63,065 nt of DNA, taken from Terrimicrobiaceae bacterium. Lineage in GTDB: Bacteria; Verrucomicrobiota; Verrucomicrobiia; Chthoniobacterales; Terrimicrobiaceae. Under the pieces are notes generated by a model. The model made no database searches and was not told where the DNA came from. It worked only from the letters and a program-made list of their open reading frames with translations. Below are positions 36,610-45,131 of this stretch, piece by piece. The position numbers were made by a program, and so were the translations under genes. Each line of letters begins with the position of its first letter. The first letter of the stretch is position 1. Where the stretch lies: positions 1-63,065 of the forward strand of contig JBGSVZ010000130.1 in NCBI GenBank assembly GCA_041752695.1, read 5' to 3'.

Positions 36610-36650
36610 TCGGGCTGACAGGATTCGAACCTGCGACCTCTTGAACCCAA
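36610..36650 (-). tRNA. 3' half of tRNA-Pro only (att-site remnant, not an intact gene)
   Basis: Minus strand TTGGGT-TCAAG-AGGTC-GCAGG-TTCGAAT-CCTGT-CAGCCCG-A. No D-arm or 5' acceptor strand upstream. Confidence 0.82.
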
Positions 36651-36723
36651 TGTAATCCGAGTCCATTTGACTCTCTTTTGCATGAAGATTCACCGCGGCA
36701 CTGACGGAAATCTGAACTCATTT

Positions 36724-37632
36724 CTATAGTGGTCCGATAGAAGCTTGAGTCCTGCCTGACCAACGCGAAGGCGCCTTACCGCGGGCGTTTTTGAATTCAA
36801 GAGAAAGATGACTTGCCGAATAGTAGCCAAGCATTCCGGCGATTTCTTTAACGCTCAGGTCGGTGCATGCCAGAAGGTCTTCAGCGCGGGCCAACCGGAT
36901 TTCCCTTGCATACTCCTTCGGCGTGAGTCCGGTCGCCTCCTTAAATTTGCGATAGAGTTTCAAGTAGCTCACCCCGAGGTTCTGCGCGACGCTTTTGACA
37001 TTGCGCCCCTCCATTAGCAACTCACGCGCTTTTTTAACAAGATCCGGAAGTTCCGGCTTGTTTGCGCGGGCTGAGGAAAGGCTTTGCGAGACAACGGACG
37101 CCAGCAGTGTCATCGCCAATCCAGATGCGATGGCCCGGAATCCCAGCCGATGGGCAAGGCAAACTTGATGAAGTTCGGTAAACCGTGTCCAAAAAGGCGA
37201 GAGCCGATTGATTTGAACGGGAGCAACGTCCAGAAGACCATTCCCCAGCCACGCATCGAGAGTGGGGCCACGCAACTCAAACCAGTCTTCAGTCCAGCCC
37301 GTTTCTTGGTCTGGTCGGTAACGGTGCCAGTAGCCGGGAGGAAGAAAAAAAACCGAACCCGCCATGAGGCTTGTTCCCCCGTTTTTCCACTCCAGCCTCC
37401 CGTGTCCCTGCGAGATGGCGACCAACTGGAAGGCAGAGAGCACTCTGCCACGTTCCGACGTAAAAGCGCGTCCGTCTGGATGACGGGGCGGAGGATAGGG
37501 CTTGCCGGGCAGAATTCGGCCATGCCCGATCGCAGTAACATGGAATGTCCAGGCGGCTTCCCGTGGACCGGACGGAAAATATTCAAAGTAATTTTTGATA
37601 GTTTTATATATGTGTTGGAAATCTCCTTGCAT
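36724..37632 (-). CDS. AraC-family transcriptional regulator
   Basis: Cupin-like WHRYRPD..TGWTEDW; C-terminal double HTH (FKEATGLTPKEY, LSVKEIAGMLGY). Confidence 0.92.
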   Translation of the reverse strand: MQGDFQHIYKTIKNYFEYFPSGPREAAWTFHVTAIGHGRILPGKPYPPPRHPDGRAFTSERGRVLSAFQLVAISQGHGRLEWKNGGTSLMAGSVFFLPPGYWHRYRPDQETGWTEDWFELRGPTLDAWLGNGLLDVAPVQINRLSPFWTRFTELHQVCLAHRLGFRAIASGLAMTLLASVVSQSLSSARANKPELPDLVKKARELLMEGRNVKSVAQNLGVSYLKLYRKFKEATGLTPKEYAREIRLARAEDLLACTDLSVKEIAGMLGYYSASHLSLEFKNARGKAPSRWSGRTQASIGPL

Positions 37633-37678
37633 GCAAGACTAGGTGACATTTTGCCCGATCCGGGAAAATCTCCACTGG

Positions 37679-39115
37679 ATGATCCCTCCCGCATTCCCGC
37701 TTCGCGTCGGCATATTCGGAATAGGCTTGGAAGCCTATTGGAGCCAATTTTTCGGACTGAGGGAACGTTTGGAAGGCTACGTGGATTCGGTTGCATCTCG
37801 GCTCAAGCGGCCGGACGTTGAGATCATCAACCTCGGTTTAGTCGATTCGCCAGAGCGCGCCATGGACGCCGGACATCAGTTTCGAAGGCAAGACGTTGAC
37901 GTGATATTTCTGTATGTCACCACCTATGCCCTTTCGTCCACCGTCCTCCCAGTCGTCCGCCGCGCCAAGGTCCCGGTAATCGTTCTGAATCTCCAACCGA
38001 CAGCCGCAATCGACTATGCGGCCTTCAATGCAATGAGTGACCGCACACTCATGACAGGCGACTGGCTGGCACATTGTTCCGCGTGCCCGGTGCCAGAAAT
38101 TGCCAACGTGTTTAAGCGATCGGGCATTCCCTTTCATCAGGTCACCGGTGTTCTCGAAGGAGATCCAGTTTGCTGGGATGAGATTGGTGCATGGCTTGAT
38201 GCGGCTCGCGTTGCCAATGTCATGGCCCACAACCGACTGGGCCTTATGGGGCATTATTATAACGGGATGCTTGACATCGCGAGCGACACAACTCGACACA
38301 TCGCGACGTTTGGGGGTCACATGGAAATCATCGAGGTCGAACAACTCGCCGCCCTGCGACGAGAAATTTCTGACGAAGAGGCGAGGGCTCGAGTGGCGGA
38401 ATTCCGCGAAATCTTCGATGTTCAGACGGATTGTCCGGAGACGGAACTGATGCGGGCGGCACGCACCTCGCTTGCGCTGGATAAGCTGGTCGCACTCAAA
38501 AATCTTGGATCGATGGCCTATTACCACATGGGATCCGGCTGTCCGGAACTGGAAGATGTCATTAGTTCGGTCATTCTTGGGAACTCCCTTTTGACCGCAC
38601 GGGGCATCCCCGTGGCGGGCGAATACGAAGTCAAAAATGTTCAGGCGATGAAGATTCTCGACGCCTTCGGTGTGGGAGGATCGTTCACGGAATACTACGC
38701 CATGGACTTTACCGACGATGTGGTCCTGATGGGGCATGACGGACCGGGGCACCTTGCCATTGCCAGCAGCAAGACCAAGATCAGGCCGCTGGGGGTCTAT
38801 CATGGAAAGGTGGGGCAAGGTCTCTCCGTGGAGATGAGCGTCCGGCACGGTCCGGTCACGCTGCTATCCGTCGTCGAGGACCGCGACGGTTCGCTCTTCT
38901 TTTTGGTAGCCGAGGGCGAGTCCGTGGCGGGGCCGATCCTGGAAATTGGGAACACCAACAGCCGCTACAAATTCCCCATCGGTGCCCGTTCGTTTGTGAA
39001 CGATTGGAATTCTCACGGCCCTGCTCACCACTGCGCCATCGGAGTCGGGCACATCTCGGAAAAAATCAGGAAACTGGCGGCGTTCCTTGATATCCGAATC
39101 GAAACTGTTTGCTGA
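37679..39115 (+). CDS. L-fucose/L-arabinose isomerase family protein
   Basis: GIFGIGLEAYWSQF, AGEYEVKN, GSFTEYY, MGHDGPGH, GPAHHCAIGVGH. Confidence 0.85.
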   Translation: MIPPAFPLRVGIFGIGLEAYWSQFFGLRERLEGYVDSVASRLKRPDVEIINLGLVDSPERAMDAGHQFRRQDVDVIFLYVTTYALSSTVLPVVRRAKVPVIVLNLQPTAAIDYAAFNAMSDRTLMTGDWLAHCSACPVPEIANVFKRSGIPFHQVTGVLEGDPVCWDEIGAWLDAARVANVMAHNRLGLMGHYYNGMLDIASDTTRHIATFGGHMEIIEVEQLAALRREISDEEARARVAEFREIFDVQTDCPETELMRAARTSLALDKLVALKNLGSMAYYHMGSGCPELEDVISSVILGNSLLTARGIPVAGEYEVKNVQAMKILDAFGVGGSFTEYYAMDFTDDVVLMGHDGPGHLAIASSKTKIRPLGVYHGKVGQGLSVEMSVRHGPVTLLSVVEDRDGSLFFLVAEGESVAGPILEIGNTNSRYKFPIGARSFVNDWNSHGPAHHCAIGVGHISEKIRKLAAFLDIRIETVC

Positions 39116-39154
39116 AACACGTTATTTTCCCAAGGGATAAACCTCCCATTTTTT

Positions 39155-40207
39155 ATGCTCCCCCCACCTGACATCGAACGAAACATTGAACTGGATTTTC
39201 TCCGCGCCACAGAGCTTGCCGCGCTGAATACCCTTCAATGGCTGGGAAAAGGCGACAAGGAAAGCGCCGACGCAGCGGCCTGCGATGCGATTCGCGGCAT
39301 GTTTGACCTCATGGATATGCGCGGGGAAGTGGTCATCGGCGAGGGTATCAAAGATGAAGCCCCCGGCTTGTTTATCGGAGAAAAAGTCGGAACCTGGAAG
39401 GAGGGGAGCCCCCGCTTTGAAATCGCCCTGGATCCGGTGGATGGAACAACGAATACCGCCAAGGGTATGCCAAATTCCTTGAGCTGTATTGCGGCATCGC
39501 TCGTGGAAGACACCGAGGAGTCGAGCCTCCTGGCGATTCCGGCGTTCTATCTCAAGAAACTGGCCTACCCCCTCGCCGTCCGCCGCGCTTGGATGAAAGA
39601 CCCCATGCTTCCCATTGATATCGAAGCGCCCATCGAGGAGGTCATTGATACAACGGCCCACATTCTGGGAAAAGGAGTTCGGGATGTCGTTGTTTCGATC
39701 ATCGACCGTCCCCGCAACCAGGAACTGATTGATTCGGTCCGGCGCAAGGGAGCCTCGCTCCGCCTCATTGTTGATGGTGACATCGCAGCCGCCCTTGCTC
39801 CGGCCATGCACACCTCAAACATTGACCTTTATGTAGGTATTGGAGGTGCCCCAGAAGGCATTCTGGCCGCGGCTGGACTGCGTTGTTTGGGCGGTGGCAT
39901 GCGTGCAAAAATCTGGCCGCGTGATGAAATGGAACGCCAATCCCTTATCGATCAGGGCTGGGGAGACCGGCTAAACACCCAATTCATGTCGCGTGACCTC
40001 GCCCGCGGAAAAAACATCATCTTCGCGGCCACGGGCATCAGCAGCGGACCGCTCCTCCGCGGGGTCGACGTGACCGGCTCCATTGCCACCACCCATTCCG
40101 TGCTCATGCGATCCCGAAGCGGTACCGTGCGATTCACCGACACGCACCACAATCTTCAGAGAAAAACCATTCATTTGAGGTCCGCACAATCAGAGAAACC
40201 TCTTTGA
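39155..40207 (+). CDS. glpX: Class II fructose-1,6-bisphosphatase
   Basis: RATELAAL, GEVVIGEGIKDEAP, LDPVDGT, DGDI, GIGGAPEG, FAATGI. Confidence 0.92.
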   Translation: MLPPPDIERNIELDFLRATELAALNTLQWLGKGDKESADAAACDAIRGMFDLMDMRGEVVIGEGIKDEAPGLFIGEKVGTWKEGSPRFEIALDPVDGTTNTAKGMPNSLSCIAASLVEDTEESSLLAIPAFYLKKLAYPLAVRRAWMKDPMLPIDIEAPIEEVIDTTAHILGKGVRDVVVSIIDRPRNQELIDSVRRKGASLRLIVDGDIAAALAPAMHTSNIDLYVGIGGAPEGILAAAGLRCLGGGMRAKIWPRDEMERQSLIDQGWGDRLNTQFMSRDLARGKNIIFAATGISSGPLLRGVDVTGSIATTHSVLMRSRSGTVRFTDTHHNLQRKTIHLRSAQSEKPL

Positions 40208-40250
40208 GCCGCATTCTTCAATCCTCCCAACCAACCAAGAATCAAACCTT

Positions 40251-41450
40251 ATGAGCAATCCCCTGATCGGCGTCTTCTATCACTGGCTCGGCGGCCTAGC
40301 CTCCGCCAGCTTTTACATTCCTTACCGCGGCGTTAAAAATTGGTCTTGGGAGACCTATTGGCTCGTCGGAGGGTTCTTCAGTTGGATCATTGCTCCGCTT
40401 ACGCTTGCCTCATTGCTCGTGCCCGAACTTTGGAAATCCATTTTGGCAACACCGGGGCAGACACTTTTCTGGTCCTATTTCTTTGGCGCGATGTGGGGTA
40501 TCGGCGGTCTCACCTTTGGGCTGACCATGCGCTATTTGGGCATTGCCCTGGGGATGGCGGTCGCACTGGGGTTTTGCGCGGCCTTCGGAACACTGGTGCC
40601 TCCGATTTTTGCCGGCGATTTCGGAAAAATCGTGAGCACTGGCTCCGGGCAGGTGATCCTGCTGGGCGTCCTCGCCTGCCTCGCGGGAATTGGGGTGAGT
40701 GGATTGGCGGGCATGTCCAAGGAGCGTGAACTTTCGCCTGAGCAAAAGGCGGCGACGGTGAAGGAATTTAATTTCAAGAAGGGAATGCTCGTCGCGACGT
40801 TTTCCGGAATTCTCAGTTCCTGCTTTGCCTATGGCTTGGCTGCTGGAAAACCCCTGGCAGATCTCTCACGAGCGGCACTCCAGCGCGAAGGGGGCAGCGA
40901 TCTCTGGCAAAATCTTCCCGTCTTGGTCATCGTGCTCTGGGGGGGATTCACGACCAACTTCATCTGGTGCGTCATCCTCAACCTCAAGAACCGCTCGAGC
41001 CACGAATACCTCAACTTGCGACGCTCCGATATCGGCGAGGTCAGCGCCGCACAGGGGCTAATCCTGTCTGACGCAGTCGAGGAGAGTGCGTTGCGCGATT
41101 CCAGTGCCGCCAGCCACGGAGGTCCCGCGGGTCCAACTTCTCACTCGGGACCGGCCCCACTGCTGCGCAACTACTTTTTCTCCGCCCTCGCGGGCATCAC
41201 CTGGTATCTCCAGTTCTTCTTTTACAGCATGGGCCAAACCAAGATGGGAACCTACGAGTTCTCCAGTTGGACCCTGCACATGGCCAGCATCATTATCTTC
41301 AGCACCCTGTGGGGAATTATCCTCCACGAATGGAGAGGCACCAGCAAACGCACCCACATCCTCATCGGCATAGGACTCGCCATTCTCATTGGCTCCACTG
41401 TGATCGTCGGCTACGGGAATTTTCTGGGGGGGACCTCCTCCACCCACTAA
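40251..41450 (+). CDS. rhaT: L-rhamnose/proton symporter RhaT family
   Basis: ASFYIPY..VKNWSWE, WGIGGLTFGLTMRYLG, GGFTTNFIWC, WYLQFFFYSMG, SSWTLHM. Confidence 0.9.
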   Translation: MSNPLIGVFYHWLGGLASASFYIPYRGVKNWSWETYWLVGGFFSWIIAPLTLASLLVPELWKSILATPGQTLFWSYFFGAMWGIGGLTFGLTMRYLGIALGMAVALGFCAAFGTLVPPIFAGDFGKIVSTGSGQVILLGVLACLAGIGVSGLAGMSKERELSPEQKAATVKEFNFKKGMLVATFSGILSSCFAYGLAAGKPLADLSRAALQREGGSDLWQNLPVLVIVLWGGFTTNFIWCVILNLKNRSSHEYLNLRRSDIGEVSAAQGLILSDAVEESALRDSSAASHGGPAGPTSHSGPAPLLRNYFFSALAGITWYLQFFFYSMGQTKMGTYEFSSWTLHMASIIIFSTLWGIILHEWRGTSKRTHILIGIGLAILIGSTVIVGYGNFLGGTSSTH

Positions 41451-41505
41451 TCGCACCACCCCAGGTTTTTCTTGATTTTCCCGCAAATCCCCATAAAGTG
41501 TTGGT

Positions 41506-41943
41506 ATGATACCATTCCCCCGAATTGTTCTGGCAGCGGCACTCATCCTACCCGCCTACGCTCAAACGGAAGACCCTTCCGTCACTCTGCAAAAACGACC
41601 GGCACTGCTAAGTATTTTTAATCGCAAGGACAAGGACAAGGATGACGTGCTTTCCCGGGAGGAGTTTTCGGAAGGCAAGCATGCTGACCTCACCGACGAA
41701 ATTTTCGACAAAAAGGACAAAGACCTGAACGGCGTGCTTTCGGCCGAAGAATTCATCAAGAATCCCGGCCCGGAGATCCATTTCCAGGCGAAAGATAAAG
41801 ACAAGGATGGGTTCATTTCCCTGGATGAATTCCTGGTGAAGTCAGACGATCCGGTCAAAGCGGAGAACACGTTCATCAAACGGGACAAGGATAAAGACGG
41901 TAAACTCTCGCCCGAGGAGTTCTCTAAATCGTTGAAGAATTAA
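41506..41943 (+). CDS. Exported EF-hand protein (four EF-hands)
   Basis: Signal peptide; DKDKDDVLSREE, DKDLNGVLSAEE, DKDKDGFISLDE, DKDKDGKLSPEE. Confidence 0.85.
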   Translation: MIPFPRIVLAAALILPAYAQTEDPSVTLQKRPALLSIFNRKDKDKDDVLSREEFSEGKHADLTDEIFDKKDKDLNGVLSAEEFIKNPGPEIHFQAKDKDKDGFISLDEFLVKSDDPVKAENTFIKRDKDKDGKLSPEEFSKSLKN

Positions 41944-42085
41944 CGGAATAGCCCGTATTTTCCTGCGATCGACTCCATACGAGGGATAAGACCCATCAGC
42001 GAAGGGTTCCCCTACAGCAACTTTCTGGGCCCCCACAGCATTTTTTCCGCAACTTAAGCAAACCCCCAATGTTCAATATAATGGT

Positions 42086-42358
42086 ATGAAACCAATTATC
42101 ATCATCTCTCTCAGTCTTGCGCTGAATCTCCCGATCCATGCGCAGGAAGCCAAAAAAAACGGCAAAAACGATCTGGATCAACAGGAAGCTTTCGTAAAGA
42201 AGGACACGGATGGCGACGGGTACCTTTCAAAAGAAGAATTCGTCGGCCAAGCCAAAAAGCCGGCCAAAGCCGAGGAAAATTTTTCCAAGAAGGATAAGAA
42301 CAATGACGGAAAGCTCTCCTTCGACGAAGTTGCAGGCCGGAAGAAGGGCGCCAAATAG
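42086..42358 (+). CDS. Exported EF-hand protein (two EF-hands)
   Basis: Signal peptide; DTDGDGYLSKEE, DKNNDGKLSFDE. Confidence 0.85.
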   Translation: MKPIIIISLSLALNLPIHAQEAKKNGKNDLDQQEAFVKKDTDGDGYLSKEEFVGQAKKPAKAEENFSKKDKNNDGKLSFDEVAGRKKGAK

Positions 42359-42454
42359 CGGGAATGTCTTTGCCCGAGGGCGTGTCCGGGGTTGTCTGGA
42401 AACGATCCTCCCAATAAAAAACAATCCCATTTCAAGGTGCCACACTGAAGTAAA

Positions 42455-42694
42455 GTGAAGGTGCCTTTTCATCACGGGGGGGCCATTGCGTTGGTCGCGG
42501 CGATAGTCGCGACCAGCGCTCTGGTTTGGTGGTTTCTCCGGCCCCCGGAGTGGGAACGAGCCGTTCCCGTAGCAAGTGTCTTGCCGCCCGGTTTAGCTGT
42601 GCGGTCAGCCTTTCCCCCCGCTGCGGCGCTGGACTGCCAAGCGTGCCATCAAGAGCAATTCGAGGATTGGAGCCATTCGCAGCACGCTTTCTGA
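42455..42694 (+). pseudogene. N-terminal fragment of a membrane-anchored multiheme cytochrome c
   Basis: TM helix, then CQACHQEQFEDWSHSQHA and an immediate stop. Confidence 0.7.
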
Positions 42695-43632
42695 CTGGGC
42701 GCTTTATGCGCCTCCCCTGCTAGACCTCCGTTGTCGGAAGTAAACACGACAATGGTATTGTCGGCTAAACCTTCTTTATCAAGCGTATCAAGCAACCTGC
42801 CCACAGCAGCGTCCATGGTTTCGACCATAGCGCCATAGACCGGATGCCGATGCTTCTGGTTTCCGCCCTGCTCGGCGGCTTTCAGCTCATACTTTTTGAC
42901 CAGATCCGCATTGCCCTCAAGCGGGGTGTGAACCGAGAAGTTCCAGTAGCACATAAAGAACGGCTTCCCGCTCTTTTTTTGTTGCTGGATATATTTGACC
43001 GCCTCTTCGGCCATGCGGGTCTCGATGTTCTCTCCCTTTTCAGCCGGCAGCTTGACGATATTTGGATCAGGGAAGGGCCAGGGGGCCAGATAGCCACCCG
43101 GCGGCGCATGCATCCAAGTGTGGGGTACATCCACATCAAACCCCATGTGCAGCGGATCGTACGGCTCACGACCGAGGTGCCACTTGCCAAAGAAGGCTGT
43201 ATCGTAGCCGGCCGCTTTGAAGGCATCTGCGACCGTAGCGGTCTCGTTGCGTGTCCGCGTCGCACTTTGCCAATGATGCACCTTGCTCGTCTTGTCGATA
43301 CGTGGATTCTTGTAGGCCTCGAATTTCTCGAGTTCAACATGCCCGGCCGCCTGATACCACCCTGCGCGGGCAGGCCATTGGCCTGTCAAGGCCGCATAGC
43401 GGGATGGAGAGCAGACGGCATACGCCGAATACGCCTGCGTAAACAACATGCCGCGATCGCGTAGGCGGTCGAGATTGGGAGTCTCGTAAAACCCGGTGTG
43501 TCCGTAGAGCCCGGTGTCGCTCCATCCGAGATCATCCGCCATGATGAACAGCACATTCGGCGGACTCGCGTCTGCACAAGTTACGCCGAACAACACGGAG
43601 CCCAGCAGTCCTGCAATGGTTTTTGTCTTCAT
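42649..43632 (-). pseudogene. C-terminally truncated sulfatase
   Basis: PNVLFIMADDLG, CSPSR, GKWHLG; similarity stops just after FTSDNGGL and the C-terminal third is missing. Confidence 0.8.
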
Positions 43633-43634
43633 AA

Positions 43635-43718
43635 TTATTTCCCCTCCCCTTCGCCCTGCTTGAGGATCGCGAACTCCACCTCAACGGACATTTGAAGAGC
43701 GATGACCCGCCATTTCAT
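43635..43718 (-). CDS. 27-aa mini-ORF bridging two sulfatases
   Basis: MKWRVIALQMSVEVEFAILKQGEGEGK. ATG overlaps the upstream TGA; TAA ends 2 nt before the next ATG. Confidence 0.4.
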   Translation of the reverse strand: MKWRVIALQMSVEVEFAILKQGEGEGK

Positions 43719-45013
43719 TGACGTGGCTTCGCGGACGGCCAGGCGCTTTCCTGCAACGCCTGCAGGCGTTTGACATCATCAGACCGGCTCGCCGCGAGGT
43801 TTGTTTTTTCCAAAGGATCAGATTGGAGGTCGAACAATTCCAGCTCTGTGGGAGCGGCGGTATTGTTTCGTGGCCGGGCGGAGCCGGGAATGAGCAGTTT
43901 CAACCAGCCATCAAGGACGACTTGCGTCACGAGGCTCTTCTCGGGGGCAGCAAGATCGGCGATGTCGTGCGTGTAGTTTTCGATGAAGATCGATTTTCTC
44001 GCCGTGATCGCTTCGCGATCCAGGAGGTCCAGGCCGGGGAGATCAGTCGGTGCCTTGACGCCTGCAATTTTTAAGATTGCTGGAGCAAAATCGATCACGG
44101 AGGCGAGCGTCTGCTCATCGCGCTCTGGCTTTACTTTACCGGGCCAGCGGACAAAAATCGGTGTTCGTATTCCAAGTTCGTATGGGGTAAGTTTCGCACG
44201 CGCTTGGAGGCCCTGTCCCTCGGGGTTCCATCCGTTATCGGCCAGGTACAAAATCACCGTATTGTCGGCGAGGTTGTGCTTGGCCAGGAAATCGTCCAGT
44301 TCGCCGCAGGTTTGGTCAAACCATTCCACCATGGCGAAATACTTTGCAGCCTCAGGGCTCAGCCCTTTCCCTTGATAACGCGCCAGCAGTTCGGCCGGAG
44401 GATTGTGAGGTGTGTGCGGGAGGAGGGGCGCATACCACACAAAAAACGGCTTTTGCTCTTTTTGAGCCATTTCGATGAAATCGAAGATCGGCTGCAAACC
44501 CTTGCGTCCGATCGTGAGACCAGCGTCGCCGTGGCGCCCTGCAGTCTTGCTCATACCGTCGGTGAACCCGACCTGCGTGGCGGTGACGTTCCAGAGCTTG
44601 CCGGTCTGAAATGTGAGGTAGCCGGCTTCGGTGAGCGCCTTGGGGAGAATCAATGAATTGCTCAGCAGCCGATCTGCGAGAGGCTGGCGGCCATCCTTGC
44701 CCCTCGCTTTTTTCTCGCCTGCCGGCACGGCCAGATCATTTCCAGTAATGCCGTTTTGATGAGGGAGCTTCCCTGTGAGCAGACAGGCCAGCGAAGGAGA
44801 GCACACGGGCATGGTGTAGCCCCGCGTATACAGGATGCCCTGCGAAGCCATGCGATCAAGGGAAGGGGTCTGGGCCACCGGGCTGCCCATGAATCCGTAA
44901 TCGGGAAAGCCTTGGTCGTCGGAAATGATGAGGATGATGTTGGGCTTCTCGGTCTGCGCAAAGGTGGAACCGCTGACCGTCAGGACAAGGAGCAATTTGA
45001 GGAGGAGTTTCAT
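43715..45013 (-). CDS. Sulfatase-like hydrolase, CSPSL motif
   Basis: Signal peptide, KPNIILIISDDQG, VCSPSLACLLTG, LADNG, ELFDLQSDPLE. Confidence 0.88.
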   Translation of the reverse strand: MKLLLKLLLVLTVSGSTFAQTEKPNIILIISDDQGFPDYGFMGSPVAQTPSLDRMASQGILYTRGYTMPVCSPSLACLLTGKLPHQNGITGNDLAVPAGEKKARGKDGRQPLADRLLSNSLILPKALTEAGYLTFQTGKLWNVTATQVGFTDGMSKTAGRHGDAGLTIGRKGLQPIFDFIEMAQKEQKPFFVWYAPLLPHTPHNPPAELLARYQGKGLSPEAAKYFAMVEWFDQTCGELDDFLAKHNLADNTVILYLADNGWNPEGQGLQARAKLTPYELGIRTPIFVRWPGKVKPERDEQTLASVIDFAPAILKIAGVKAPTDLPGLDLLDREAITARKSIFIENYTHDIADLAAPEKSLVTQVVLDGWLKLLIPGSARPRNNTAAPTELELFDLQSDPLEKTNLAASRSDDVKRLQALQESAWPSAKPRQ

Positions 45014-45131
45014 AGTTTAGTGGTAATTATTCGGCGTCAGAGGAGGTTTGCTGGCGGGTGGGAAGTGATTGCAGCCACTCGCACGGCAGCCATTAGTGAG
45101 AGAATCGCTGGAAGGATGGGTGGAATGGCGC

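Noticed and set aside
36341..36650. CRISPR array
   Set aside because: Units are ~133 bp and similar along their whole length with no unique spacers, and no cas genes are present.
36610..36690. Intact tRNA-Pro gene
   Set aside because: No 5' acceptor strand, D-arm or 5' anticodon stem can be formed from the upstream sequence.
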